A stretch of DNA of 64,000 nucleotides from contig CAVVMD010000002.1 of NCBI GenBank assembly GCA_963749285.1, forward strand, positions 1,025,275 through 1,089,274, in the 5' to 3' direction. The translations under genes and the position numbers were made by a program. A model generated the notes under the pieces. The model was not told where the DNA came from. It made no database searches and saw nothing but the letters and a program-made list of their open reading frames with translations. The stretch is from an uncultured Solirubrobacterales bacterium (lineage in GTDB: Bacteria; Actinomycetota; Thermoleophilia; Solirubrobacterales; Solirubrobacteraceae). Every line of letters starts with the position of its first letter. Position 1 is the first letter of the stretch. This document shows positions 18,996 through 29,468 of the stretch, in pieces.

Positions 18996-20678
18996 ATGGT
19001 GGTGTTTTGGGAGGGAGACGTGTCTGGCGAGACGCTGGGCGGGTCGAGCATCGGCACGAGCTTCAACACAAGCCTGACGGCGAAGGTGCTGGCGGGCCTG
19101 TTCGCGGCCGGCGCGACGCTCGCAGCGCTGACCGTCGTGCTGCCCCACGCCGCGGATGCGAACGAGCTCGGCTTGCTCGTGATCGTAGCGAACGCCTACG
19201 TGATCGCGGCCCTGTTGCACTGGCGCGCCCACACGCTGCCCGCTCGTGTGTTGCCGGTTGCGCTCTGCTGGGGCAGCACGCTGATCACCGGGGTCGCCTA
19301 CTTCTCCGGCGAGAGCCCCAGCCCGCTCGTGTTCTTCTACCTGTGGGTGTTCCTCTACGCCTCCTACTTCTTCACCCGCCGGCAGGCCGCGCTGCAGATC
19401 ACCTATGTCGGAGTCACCTATGGCGCGCTGCTGGCCGCGAGGCCGCCTGCGAGCGGAATCCTCGCCTGGTGGCTCGTCGGGATGGGCACACTGCTCGTCG
19501 CGGCGATCGTGATCATGACGATGCGCGCGCGGGTCGAGCTGCTGATCGCAAGGTTGTATGACGCCGCGCGCACCGATCCCCTGACGGGGCTGTCCAACCG
19601 GCGCGGCTTTCGCGAGCTGCTCGACCTCGAGCTCGAACGCTCGCGTCGCGGCAGCAGCGAGATGACGGTGCTGGTCGGCGATCTCGACCATTTCAAGGAA
19701 GTCAATGACCGCTCCGGCCACCACGTCGGCGATGCCGCGCTGAGGCGCGTCGCGCGCGTGCTGAACGAGCATAAGCGCCAGATCGACTTCGCGGCCCGCG
19801 TCGGCGGGGAGGAGTTCGCGCTGATCCTCCCCAACACCACCCAGGATGACGCCTTCGTGCTAGCCGAGCGCCTGCGGTGTGCTCTGCGCGAGGAGCTCGC
19901 CGGGGAATCCGTCCCGATCACGATCAGCTTCGGGGTGGCGAGCTATCCCCAGCACAGCGAGACGGCCGCCTCGCTGCTGCGCGCCGCCGACGAGGCGCTG
20001 TATGCGGCCAAGGAGAGCGGGCGCAACAGGACCGTGCTGCACAGCCCGCTCCTGCGCGAGCAGGACGGCGAACCGCGGGACATCGAGGCCGAGCGCTTCA
20101 TCGCGGTGATGCTCGACCTCGCCGAGGCCGTGGATTTGCGCTTCAGCGGCAGCGCTCGGCACTCCGAGACGGTCGGGCGCTATGTCGAGATGATGGCCCG
20201 TGAGCTCGGCTTCTCAGAGCAGCGGATCAGCCGGGTGCGACTGGCCGGCATGCTGCACGACATCGGCAAGGTGGGCGTCCCGGACAGCATTCTCAGAAAG
20301 CCAGCAAAGCTGACCGCGCAGGAGTTCGCCACGATCAAGCGCCACCCGGAGCTCGGGGCACAGATCCTCGAGCACCCGAGCTTCGCCGACGTGCGCGCCT
20401 GGGTCGGCGCCCATCACGAGCGTCCCGACGGACGCGGTTATCCGCTCGGACTCTCAGGCGAGGAGATCCCGCTGGAGGGCCGCATCCTCGCGGTGGCCGA
20501 CGCCTATGAGGCGATGACCAGCGACCGCGCCTACCGTCCTTCGATCGGCCAGGCCGCCGCTTGCGCCGAGCTGAAGCGCTGCACTGAAAGCCAGTTCGAC
20601 CCGCTCGTCGTCAAGGCATTCCTCACCTGCCTGCAGCGCGAGTCCGATCGCGCCGACGCGATGCTCTCAAACGCCTGA
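18996..20678 (+). CDS. Membrane-bound diguanylate cyclase (GGEEF) fused to HD-GYP phosphodiesterase
   Basis: ~6 TM; DPLTGLSNRR, DLDHFKEVND, RQID I-site, GGEEF; LHDIGK, HHERPDGRGYP. Confidence 0.93.
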   Translation: MVVFWEGDVSGETLGGSSIGTSFNTSLTAKVLAGLFAAGATLAALTVVLPHAADANELGLLVIVANAYVIAALLHWRAHTLPARVLPVALCWGSTLITGVAYFSGESPSPLVFFYLWVFLYASYFFTRRQAALQITYVGVTYGALLAARPPASGILAWWLVGMGTLLVAAIVIMTMRARVELLIARLYDAARTDPLTGLSNRRGFRELLDLELERSRRGSSEMTVLVGDLDHFKEVNDRSGHHVGDAALRRVARVLNEHKRQIDFAARVGGEEFALILPNTTQDDAFVLAERLRCALREELAGESVPITISFGVASYPQHSETAASLLRAADEALYAAKESGRNRTVLHSPLLREQDGEPRDIEAERFIAVMLDLAEAVDLRFSGSARHSETVGRYVEMMARELGFSEQRISRVRLAGMLHDIGKVGVPDSILRKPAKLTAQEFATIKRHPELGAQILEHPSFADVRAWVGAHHERPDGRGYPLGLSGEEIPLEGRILAVADAYEAMTSDRAYRPSIGQAAACAELKRCTESQFDPLVVKAFLTCLQRESDRADAMLSNA

Positions 20679-20826
20679 GCACTGAGTCGCAGACTGGCGG
20701 GTAATCAGTGCCCTGCGCGTGGGTAATCCCCAGTAGTGGTCCGCGATAGCTGATCGCGCGGCTGGACCCTCGAATCCTAAGCTTCTCTCCTGCGAAATGG
20801 TGGTGCATTTGCGGGTGATTCCCCAG

Positions 20827-20871
20827 CGCGCCCGGCACGATTCGAACGTGCGACCTCTCGCTCCGGAGGCG
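20827..20871. repeat. att direct repeat (45 bp) identical to the 3' portion of tRNA-Arg(CCG)
   Basis: CGCGCCCGGCACGATTCGAACGTGCGACCTCTCGCTCCGGAGGCG at 20827-20871 and 27607-27651; mismatches immediately outside. Confidence 0.95.
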
Positions 20872-21151
20872 GCAGGACAGGTGGGCGTGAGGGCCAGTAT
20901 ACCCAGTCCCTACCGGGGACATCGGCCCTTGGCGGACGCTGCGAATCAGGCGCAATACGGCACAAACCGGGAGTATTGAGACGGCAGAAAGCGACTGCCG
21001 TCCAAACGCTGGGTTCTGCCATCTCGGCCCCAGTGCGGCGGTCCGAAGGGGAGCCACTGCAAACCGCTGCGCCCAAACGCCACCAAACGTTCCACGGCCA
21101 TCCATCCCTGGCTCTCAATGCGTTCGGCGCGCTCTTGCTTAGGTCGCGATC

Positions 21152-21342
21152 GTGAGTCGCGCCGTTAAGATCATCGTGCCAGGCAACCCAATGCCGACAG
21201 AGCGCGCAAGACGCGGCGCTCGGGGACGCTGGTACACGTCTGAGCGCACAGCCACTGGGCAACCGACCGCACCCTACCCCACACAACGATCGACCTATGG
21301 CCAGCACACCAACTCGCCATCCCAGATGACGAAGCCGCGTAG
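21152..21342 (+). pseudogene. RusA-like Holliday junction resolvase remnant (internal deletion)
   Basis: N-terminus VKIIVPGNPMPTERARR..RWYTSERT resembles RusA; a C-terminal-like PHTTIDLWP..* follows in another frame; catalytic D-x-D-N..K core missing. Confidence 0.45.
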
Positions 21343-21510
21343 GTCGCATCTCCCCGATGTTCGACCTCGCAAAACGAGCGCTGTCGGGCACCCCGTTCGG
21401 TAGGATTCCGACATGCGGCACGCATTCGCTGGCGCAACCCTCGTCATCGGCGGGATCGCCGCGTTCATCGAGACGCACAGCCACGCACCAGAATACACGT
21501 GCGGCACACG

Positions 21511-22815
21511 TGAGCCATCCTGTGTTTGACGGAGACTTCGAGGCCAGGGTTTGCCTGGCGGAGGGAGAAGTCTCGGCTCATGGCATATGCGAGGAAGTAT
21601 TCAAAGGAGTTGTTGGATCGCGGGACGCGTCTGGTGTTCGAGTCCGGGCGTCCGATCGCGCACGTCGCGAGGGATCTGGGCATCGAGAGCGAGACGCTGC
21701 GTAAACACGTGCGGCAGACCGAAGCTGACGAGGGCCGGCGCAAAGACGTCCTGAGCAGCCAGGAGCGCGAGGAGATCAAAGCGCTGCGCAGAGAGGTTGC
21801 GCAGTTGCGTCGAGCGAACGAGATCCTGAAGGCCGCCAGCGTGTTTTTCGCGGGCGAGCTCGATCCACACCGTCCAAGTGAGCGCGTTCACGACGAGCAC
21901 GTGAGCGCTTCGGGGTCGAGCCGATCTGCGAGACCCTGGGCGTGTCGGCGTCCGCCTACTACCAGCGCTCGACCGGCCAGCGCTCGGCCGAGGCTTCGAG
22001 GACAAGCGGCTGCTCGCGCTATCAGCGAGCTACACGCCGCCAACACAACGCCTACGGCTCACGGCGGATGTAGAAGGCGCTGCGGCGCGCCGGGGAGCGG
22101 ATCGGCCGCAGCCGTGTGGAACGGTTGATGCGCAAGAACGGCATCCAGGGCGCCAAGCGGCGCGGGAAGCCGTGGCGGACCACGAACGCCGACCCGGCGG
22201 CGTAGCGCAGCCCTGACCGGGTGCAGCGTGATTTCACGGCGTCCCGGCCGGATGAGAAGTGGTTTGCGGACTTCACGTATCTGCGCTGCTGGGAGGGGCT
22301 GGTGTTCTTCAGCTTCGTGATCGATGCCTACAGCCGGATGATCGTGGGTTGGCAGTTCGCCGGCGCACATGCGTACCGACCTCGTGCTCGACGCTCTCAG
22401 GATGGCCTTGAACAGCGAGCGCCCGGAGCAGACGTCTCGCTCGTGGCACACTCGCGACGCCGGCAGTCAAGACACGTCGTTCGACTACACCCAGACTCCT
22501 GGACGACCACGACGTCCTCGCCTCAATCGGATCCGTCGGTGACGCTTACGACAACGCAGCCGCCGAGAGCTTCGTCGACTGCTTCAAGACCGAGATCATC
22601 GCAGACCGCAGCTGGGCGAACCGATCGCAGCTCGAGCTCGCCGATCGTCGAGTACGTGGCCTGGTTCAACAACGAGCCAACTACACGAAAGTCTCGGCGA
22701 CCGGCCAACCCGAGAGATCGAGGAACTCTACGCTGTGAAAATCAGACCAACGAGAGCACAGCCGAAGATAGAAACCGACCCTAGACCGTCTCGGGCACCA
22801 CAGACACAAAACGAC
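21511..22815 (+). mobile_element. IS3-family element, degenerate (orfA 21580-~21880; orfB frameshifted with stops)
   Basis: TG-start left end TGAGCCATCC...; orfA HTH RPIAHVARDLGIESETLRKHV; orfB pieces WFADFTYLRCWEG and SIGSVGDAYDNAAAESF; right end degenerate, boundary approximate. Confidence 0.85.
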
Positions 22816-22915
22816 ATAGCCTCCACGCTTGGGGGCCAGTCTGGGGGCGTAAACGCACGCGGGCTCAACGGGGGCGAGCCACCTGACTGTCTCGCGGCCT
22901 ACAATCGGAGTGACC

Positions 22916-23236
22916 ATGAGTCAGGAAGGAACCACCATCGAGCGTGCCGGCCGCGCGTTGATCGAGGCTGTAGCTGCGCCGGCGAAGGTGATCCTGTTTG
23001 GGTCGCATGCTCGCGGCGACGGGGACGATCGCAGCGACTTCGACTTCCTGGTGATCGAGCGGGGGATTGATGATCGTTTTGGGGAGATGGTGCGTCTGGA
23101 CCGCATCCTCGGGCGGCTCTTGATTCCGGCAGATGTCGTGGTCGTCAGCGAGGAACACGTGCGCAGATGGGAGTCGGTCAAGGGCACGATGATCCACGAG
23201 GCGATGAGCCAAGGGCGGGTCATTGCCGAGTCCTGA
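22916..23236 (+). CDS. Minimal nucleotidyltransferase (MNT) antitoxin
   Basis: ILFGSHARGDGDDRSDFD (GS-x10-DxD); RBS GGAG; overlaps the HEPN gene. Confidence 0.92.
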   Translation: MSQEGTTIERAGRALIEAVAAPAKVILFGSHARGDGDDRSDFDFLVIERGIDDRFGEMVRLDRILGRLLIPADVVVVSEEHVRRWESVKGTMIHEAMSQGRVIAES

Positions 23237-23621
23237 AGCGCGCGAGCTGGCACTGCTGCTGGTGCGCAAGGCTGAGGGGGATGAGGGGCTTCTCGACAAG
23301 CTCTTGGATGATCCTGATGTACACGACGACATCTTGGGCTTCCACGCTGAGCAAGCTGTCGAGAAGCGGCTGAAGGCCGTGCTTGCCCTCCACGAGATCG
23401 GCTACGAGCGAACACACAGCATTAGCTATCTCACGTCTCTGTTGGAGCATCACGAGATCGAGCTTCCCGGTGGCCGTGAGCAGATCGAGAAGCTGACGCC
23501 GTGGGCGGTCGCGGCGCGGTACGAGAGCACGTTTGAGGAAGTGCTCGACCGCGCCTTCGTCAAAGAGCAGGTGTCGGCAGTACGCGACTGGTCGGAGCGC
23601 CTGCTGAGCGACGCGGGGTAG
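23223..23621 (+). CDS. HEPN domain toxin
   Basis: GFHAEQAVEKRLKA, RTHSISYL and LTPWAVAARY; 14-nt overlap with MNT. Confidence 0.9.
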   Translation: MPSPEARELALLLVRKAEGDEGLLDKLLDDPDVHDDILGFHAEQAVEKRLKAVLALHEIGYERTHSISYLTSLLEHHEIELPGGREQIEKLTPWAVAARYESTFEEVLDRAFVKEQVSAVRDWSERLLSDAG

Positions 23622-23983
23622 CGGCATCGGCATGCATGCTTAGCGCAATTGTCGATTCCTTCCCCATACGATGGAGCGGAGTCAACGCCGACCCGTCGCT
23701 ACCGTAGCAAGAAGTCAGATCGACGCTTTCTCGCTGTATTCATGGGCTCGTGATGGTCGCACGACTTGCGACCTTTGGACGGCTATCCATGCTCGCCGTC
23801 CAAATGGCTGCCGAGATGTTCTGGCGACGGTCGCCTCAGACGCGCCCGCAACCGACCGCCCACAGCACGGCGAACACTTCATGTGCCGATTCGCCTTCAC
23901 CTAGCGGTAGCTGGACTCTCACGAAGCTCCTTGCAATCAGATCGAAGCTCATCGCACGCAGCTGTTGATCGAGCGCGCCGTAG

Positions 23984-25339
23984 GAGGTGTCCCGTTCGCC
24001 GTAGAAGTTCTTGGTGGCGGCCGGGTGTGATGGTTACACGGTGACGGCTGTGAGCGCCTCCTGGGTCGTGGTGTGATGGGGGCGCCGTGCGATCTCTGGG
24101 TTCCTTGCCGCATAGGTTGCGAATTCAGCGAGCAGCAGAGTCGAGTCAGGATCGGCGAGATAGTTGTTGTAGTAGGCGCGTACGGCTTTTGCGGCGTTGA
24201 CTGCTGAATCGGCGGATGATCTTGATCATCGACACGATCGGGTTCGTCGAGGCTAAGGTTTCTTCAGCCGTCCGCGGATTCCCAGGCGGGTGAGGGTCAG
24301 GGTCTCCTCCAAGCCCTCGTTGAGTGAACTCGCTGCTCCGGGATGAGAATGTTCGAGCTCTGAGGCGAGGGCCCGCAGGCCGTCCAGCGCAAGCGCGTGA
24401 TTATCACTGGACCACGCGCGCCGCAAGCGCACCTTCACCGCGGACCGGTCGCGCTCGGGGAGATGATCAACACATTTCTTCCTTGTGCCAGCGATCAGCT
24501 GCACTTGCGGACGAACCTCGACGGCGCTCGGATTTGAGCAGAGCGAGGAAGAGGTCGTCCTGCTCGACGTCAAGGCCCCGGCCGACGAGGTCGGCGAGGA
24601 GATGTGCGGTGACGGTCTTGTTCTCCGTGGAGCCATCCCACAACCCCAGCGGTAGCTTCACCCCGTCGGTGCTGACGCCGAGCGCGACAATCGCGCAGCG
24701 GCCCTTCAGCTCGATCCCGTCGACCATCAACGCCGCCAAACGCACATCAGCGAGATCACGGCTCATCAGCGCGTCCAGGTGCTCCCGTGTGCGACCGACG
24801 AACTCGCGGCTGACCGCTGACTTCGACGCCGAACGCTCACTCCCGGTCACTTCCTCACCGACGGGCTCACGAGTACGCGAGAAGCGGCGTGCGCTGACCC
24901 CGGCGAGCATCTGCTCCAACACCACCCGCGTCAACGGGTCACGATCAGCGAAATACTCATACGTCCCAAGCGCCACCTCCTGCTCCCCATCGGCGGTCCT
25001 GGCAAGCGGGCGCCTCACAGCGACCCGCCGGCCACCAAGCGTCACCTCGCCATCCTCGTGGCCGTGACGGACCGCCGTGCGCTCTGAGATCTTCGCGTGC
25101 TTGGGACCGACGACCTCATCCAGCTCGGCCTCCATCATCTCGCTCAACACGCCCAGCCCCAAACCGATGCTGAGCGCCAACAGCCCATCCTTCGCGGCTC
25201 CGGCCAGTTCCCCCAACGCGTCCTGCACACTCGGTGGAAGTCCCAGCGCAGCACTCACGACCTGCTCCTGCTCTACGGTTTCATGGCGGTCCCTTCGTCT
25301 CGGTGGATGATTTCGCACTCGCCACAGTCCCAACGGGAC
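23984..25339 (-). mobile_element. IS256-family transposase remnant with internal deletions
   Basis: AALMVDGIE, LGLWDGSTENKTV, LNEGLEETLT and STNPIVSMI segments; terminus GAGGTGTCCCGTT at 23984 and partial inverted copy AACGGGAC at 25332-25339. Confidence 0.82.
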
Positions 25340-26068
25340 CGGACGCTGCGGAAGAAGCCAGCTAAAACTTCTCGCACAAAGTGGCTCGATAGAGCAGACC
25401 ACATTACGGCCATGCTCGATGCTGCAGGCAAGCTCGACCAGGCAGCGAAGGTTCGTCGGGGTCAACGACGGGCACTCCTCGCGACGCTCACCTTCGCCGG
25501 TCTACGGATCGGGGAGGCGCTGTCGCTGCAGTGGCGAGACGTAGACCTCGCGCGCGGCACGATCACTGTCCGTGCCGCGAAGACCAAGGCGGGGGAGCGC
25601 ACCGTGAACATTCTCGCGGTCCTTCGCGACGAGTTGGGCGAGTATCGAGCGCGACTCGACCCAGCACCTGGCGCCCTCGTCTTCGGCTCGGCAGCCGGCA
25701 GACAGCAGAGCGCGAGCAACATCCGCCGCCGGGTACTAGCGAAGACAGTCGAGAAGGCCAACGACGCGCTAGCCAAAGACCACATCGAGCCGCTGCCCGA
25801 GAACCTGACACCACACTCGCTACGCCGCACGTACGCATCGCTGCTTTTCGCTATCGGCGAGTCGCCTCCTTATGTGATGGCGCAGATGGGGCACACCACA
25901 CCGGAACTCACGCTGGCGATCTACGCCCGCCAAATGGATCGCCGCGACGGAGAGCCAGAGCGACTAAAGGCACTCATCGAGGGGCGTGAATGGACGGCAA
26001 TGGACGGCAGCAGCAACACAACGCTCCCAACACAACCCCACCAGGACAACAAGGCAGAGCGGGAAACC
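25340..26068 (+). pseudogene. Tyrosine recombinase (integrase) catalytic domain, 5'-truncated and interrupted at its 3' tip by IS66
   Basis: AGLRIGE (R), KT (K), HSLRRTY (H-x-x-R), QMGH (H), IY (Y); N-terminal domain missing; frame resumes after the IS as GCT CAA TAG at 27582-27590. Confidence 0.9.
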
Positions 26069-27573
26069 GTAACCGTTCAGTTGCTGGGGGGGCATAGCTC
26101 TGCTCTGTCGAATATGGGGGTTGTGGAGCGCGCGGAGGCTGAGGCGATCTATGACCAGGGCCGTGAGGCTGTTGTTGAAGTTCTCTTGGCGATGGATCGC
26201 CGGATTGGGCAGCTCGAGGCTCATGTCGCACGATAGGACGAGCGGATTGCAAAGCTCGAGCGTGGGTTGAAACGGTCCTCGAAGAACAGTTCGCAGCCAC
26301 CGAGCGCTGATGGGCCGAGCACCCCGATGCGTAGCAAGGATCCTTCGGGTCGCTCTCGGGGAGCCCAGCTCGGCCATGAGGGCAAGGGACGCTCCTTGCT
26401 GCCGGCGTGGGCGGTGGATGATGTGATCGAGCACTGGCCGGAGCGCTGCTCCTGCGGGCACTGGTTCGGGGAGGCTGGGCGTGTGCCGGTCGGCGATCCG
26501 CTGCGCCATCAGGTCGAGGAGCTACCGGTCATTACGGTCAAGGTCACTGAGCACCGTGCGCAACGCCTGCGGTGCCCTGGCTGCGGTCAGCACACGCGCG
26601 GGCAGTTCCCCGCGGAGATCACTCAGAGCGCGTTCGGACCGCGCTTTCAAGCGGCCGTCGCAACGCTCTCGGTGCGCAACCGCATCTCCCGTCGTGATGT
26701 GGTCGAGCTGGCAGAGCAGCTGTTCGGCTCGCGGATCTCCACAGGCACGGTGGACGCGATCCTCACGCGCACCAGTGAGGCCCTCTCAGAGCCGCACGCC
26801 GATCTGCTCGAGTGCCTGCGCTCTGCGCATGCCGTGAACATGGACGAGACCGGCTGGCGGACCGCTGGTGAGCGTCGCGCGCTGTGGGGCGTGTTCGATC
26901 AACGCCACGCCTACCTGCATGTCGCCGCCAGCCGTCACGAGGATCACGCCAAGGAGCTCCTCGCGGATACCAAGGCGATCGTCACCTCTGACCGCTGGTG
27001 GGCCTACTCGCATCTACCCCTCAAACGCCGTCAGCTCTGCTGGGCTCACTTGAAACGGGACTTCGCCGCCCACGCCGAGGGCCTCGGCGACGAGAAGGAG
27101 TTCGGCGAACAGGGCCTTGAGCTGTGTGAGCGCGTCTTCTGGGCATCGGAGGTCTTCAAGCACACAGCAGACCGCCGTGCCCTCCAGCTCACCGTCAGGG
27201 GGCTGCAACGCGCATACAAGCCCGTCATCCGTGGCTACGCAGCGAAACGTGCGCGCAACCGCTACTGCCGAGGGATGGCGCGCAACCTCTTGAAGGCATG
27301 GCCGGCGCTGTGGACGTTCGCCAAGCACCCCAGCGTCGAGCCGACCAACAACCACGCCGAGCGCTCCCTACGCTCGGCGGTCATCTACCGCAAGCTCTCC
27401 TTCGGCAACCAGTCCAAAAGCGGCGAGCTGCGGACCGCCCGACTGCTCTCGGCCCACACAACCTGTCGACTACAAGAACGCTCACTGTCCGTCTACCTCA
27501 CCGACGCACTCTCCGCCAGCGCCCGCGGCGACCCCGCACCGCTACTCACCTGAGCGAGAGAAATGAAGGTTAC
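26069..27573 (+). mobile_element. IS66-family (ISBst12-like, TnpC only) insertion with 8-bp TSD GGGAAACC
   Basis: Ends GTAACCGTTCAG and ...TGAAGGTTAC; GGGAAACC at 26061-26068 and 27574-27581. Confidence 0.92.
26114..27553 (+). pseudogene. IS66 transposase TnpC with in-frame TAG at 26234-26236
   Basis: NSSQPPS, CxC..CxxC, MDETGW, QLCWAHL.RDF and PTNNHAERSLR; coiled-coil N-terminus broken by one nonsense codon. Confidence 0.88.
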
Positions 27574-27606
27574 GGGAAACCGCTCAATAGCAGGCAATAA
27601 TGCGAA

Positions 27607-27679
<73 letters not shown>

Positions 27680-27843
27680 AGGCGGCGCCCTGTGACACCG
27701 TCGCTGCGATCAGCTTACCGTCGTGCTCGTCGTACGCTCGTGTGGCTGGCGTGGTCTGGACAGTCGAGGCGTGTCGTGCTGAGCGGCGGGCTCGCCCGCG
27801 CCTGTGGAACCGCTGCCCCCGTCCCGTCGCTACCGTTGCCGGC

Positions 27844-28818
27844 ATGGATCTGTCCGTATTCTTCGCCGGCACCGGCGGCTCGATGCCCAGCGCCCGGCGC
27901 GGCCTGCCCGCGGTGCTCATCCGCCGCGGTGGCGAGCACATCCTGATCGACTGTGGCGAGGGGACGCAGCGGCAGCTGATCAAATCGGTCGGGCTGGCTG
28001 ACATCGACAGCGTCTTCATCACGCACTTCCATGCCGACCACTGGCTCGGACTGCCGGGGATGCTCAAGTCGTTCGCGCTGCGCGAGCGCACACAGCCGCT
28101 GAGCGTGTATGGCCCACGCGGGCTGAGCGAGCTGATGGAGCGGATGCGCTTCGTCTATGGCCGCCTGCCATACGAGTTGAGCGTCATCGAGCTCGCGCCC
28201 GCCGAGACCGTCGCTCACGACGGGTATCTGATCGGCGCGATCCCCGTCCGTCACAAAGGTGAGGCGTGCTACGGGTACGCGCTCGTGGAGGATGCCCGTC
28301 CCGGTCACCTCGATCCTGAGCTCGCGCAAACGCTCGGAATCGAGCCCGGACCGGACTTCGGCCGGCTGCAGCGCGGCGAGACGGTCAACGGAGTCACGCC
28401 CGAGCAAGTGCTTGGGCCGGTGCGGTCAGGGCGCAAGGTCGTGATCTCCGGGGACACCGCGCCGTGCGAGGCGCTGCTCGTCGCCGCGCACGAATCCGAT
28501 CTGCTCGTGCACGAGGCCACGTTTGCCGAGGAGGAGTCCGCGCGCGCGCGCCAGACCTCCCACAGCACAGCTCGGCAGGCGGGGGAGGTCGCGCGCGACG
28601 CACGGGTGCGTATGCTGGCGCTGACGCACATCTCCAGCCGCTATCCCGGCGGGGAGCTGCGCGAGCAGGCGCGCGATGTGTTCGCGCAAACCGAGGCTCC
28701 GCGCGATTACGACACGATCGAGATCCCTTTCCCCGAGCGCGGCGAGCCCCGGCTGGTGCGCTGGTCTGAGCGCCGCGCCCGTGAGGCCGCTCCTGCGGAG
28801 CCGGTCGCGGCGGGGTAG
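27844..28818 (+). CDS. rnz: Ribonuclease Z
   Basis: GTGGSMP, DCGEGTQRQ, THFHADH, SGDT, HEATF and HST motifs. Confidence 0.95.
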   Translation: MDLSVFFAGTGGSMPSARRGLPAVLIRRGGEHILIDCGEGTQRQLIKSVGLADIDSVFITHFHADHWLGLPGMLKSFALRERTQPLSVYGPRGLSELMERMRFVYGRLPYELSVIELAPAETVAHDGYLIGAIPVRHKGEACYGYALVEDARPGHLDPELAQTLGIEPGPDFGRLQRGETVNGVTPEQVLGPVRSGRKVVISGDTAPCEALLVAAHESDLLVHEATFAEEESARARQTSHSTARQAGEVARDARVRMLALTHISSRYPGGELREQARDVFAQTEAPRDYDTIEIPFPERGEPRLVRWSERRAREAAPAEPVAAG

Positions 28819-28852
28819 ACCATCCAAGCGCGCTGATACAGTCCGACGCGAT

Positions 28853-28883
28853 CCTTTAACCCGGTCCTGAGAGGCCAGGAAGG
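28853..28883 (+). promoter_or_regulatory. PyrR-binding RNA loop abutting the pyrR ribosome-binding site
   Basis: CCTTTAA...GGTCCTGAGAGGCCAGGAAGG matches the PyrR consensus CUUUAA / ARUCCNGNGAGGYU; ATG 10 nt downstream. Confidence 0.85.
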
Positions 28884-28892
28884 TAACCCAAC

Positions 28893-29468
28893 ATGGACAG
28901 CAGCGACAAGATCGTCCTGCGCGAGGACGAACTGCGGCGAGCGCTCACGCGCATCGCACATGAGATCGTCGAGCACAATCCCGGCGACCCTGACCGCTCC
29001 GAGTCGCCGGTTCTGGCACTCGTCGGCATCCACCGGCGCGGCGCGTTCCTGGCGCGCCGGTTGCGCGACTCGCTCGAACAGCTGCTCGAAACCGAGGTCC
29101 CGCTCGGGGATCTCGACATCGGCTTCTACCGTGACGACGTCTCGCGCCGGCCTGATGCGCCCGTCGTACACGCATCGCACATCGACTTTGACGTGGATGG
29201 TCGCACCGTCGTGATCGTCGACGACGTGCTCTATACCGGCCGTACCGTGCGCGCGGCGATCGAGGCGCTGTTCGACTATGGTCGCCCCGCGCGCGTGCAG
29301 CTGGCGGTGCTGGCCGACCGCGGTCACCGCGAGCTGCCGATCAGGCCCGATTACGTCGGCAAGAACCTGCCCACCTCGCGCGCCGAGCATGTCTACGTGC
29401 GGGTCGCCGAGCTGGACGGCGTGGACGAGGTGGCGATAGCCCCGGCTCCCGTGGAGGCGACGGCGTGA
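28893..29468 (+). CDS. pyrR: Pyrimidine operon regulator/UPRTase PyrR
   Basis: LDIGFYRDD, VIVDDVLYTGRT and DRGHRELPIRPDYVGKN. Confidence 0.97.
   Translation: MDSSDKIVLREDELRRALTRIAHEIVEHNPGDPDRSESPVLALVGIHRRGAFLARRLRDSLEQLLETEVPLGDLDIGFYRDDVSRRPDAPVVHASHIDFDVDGRTVVIVDDVLYTGRTVRAAIEALFDYGRPARVQLAVLADRGHRELPIRPDYVGKNLPTSRAEHVYVRVAELDGVDEVAIAPAPVEATA

Larger units (their letters stand above)
20872..27606. mobile_element. Decayed integrative element/prophage remnant at tRNA-Arg(CCG)
   Basis: Bounded by 45-bp att repeats; tyrosine recombinase next to the tRNA; RusA-like remnant; three IS remnants; TA pair. Confidence 0.9.

Noticed and set aside
20827-20871. Second tRNA-Arg gene
   Set aside because: Only the 3' 45 nt are present (no D arm or 5' acceptor strand); it is the att duplication
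25097-26236. 379-aa ORF as an intact integrase
   Set aside because: Chimera of antisense IS256, the integrase catalytic domain and the IS66 left end
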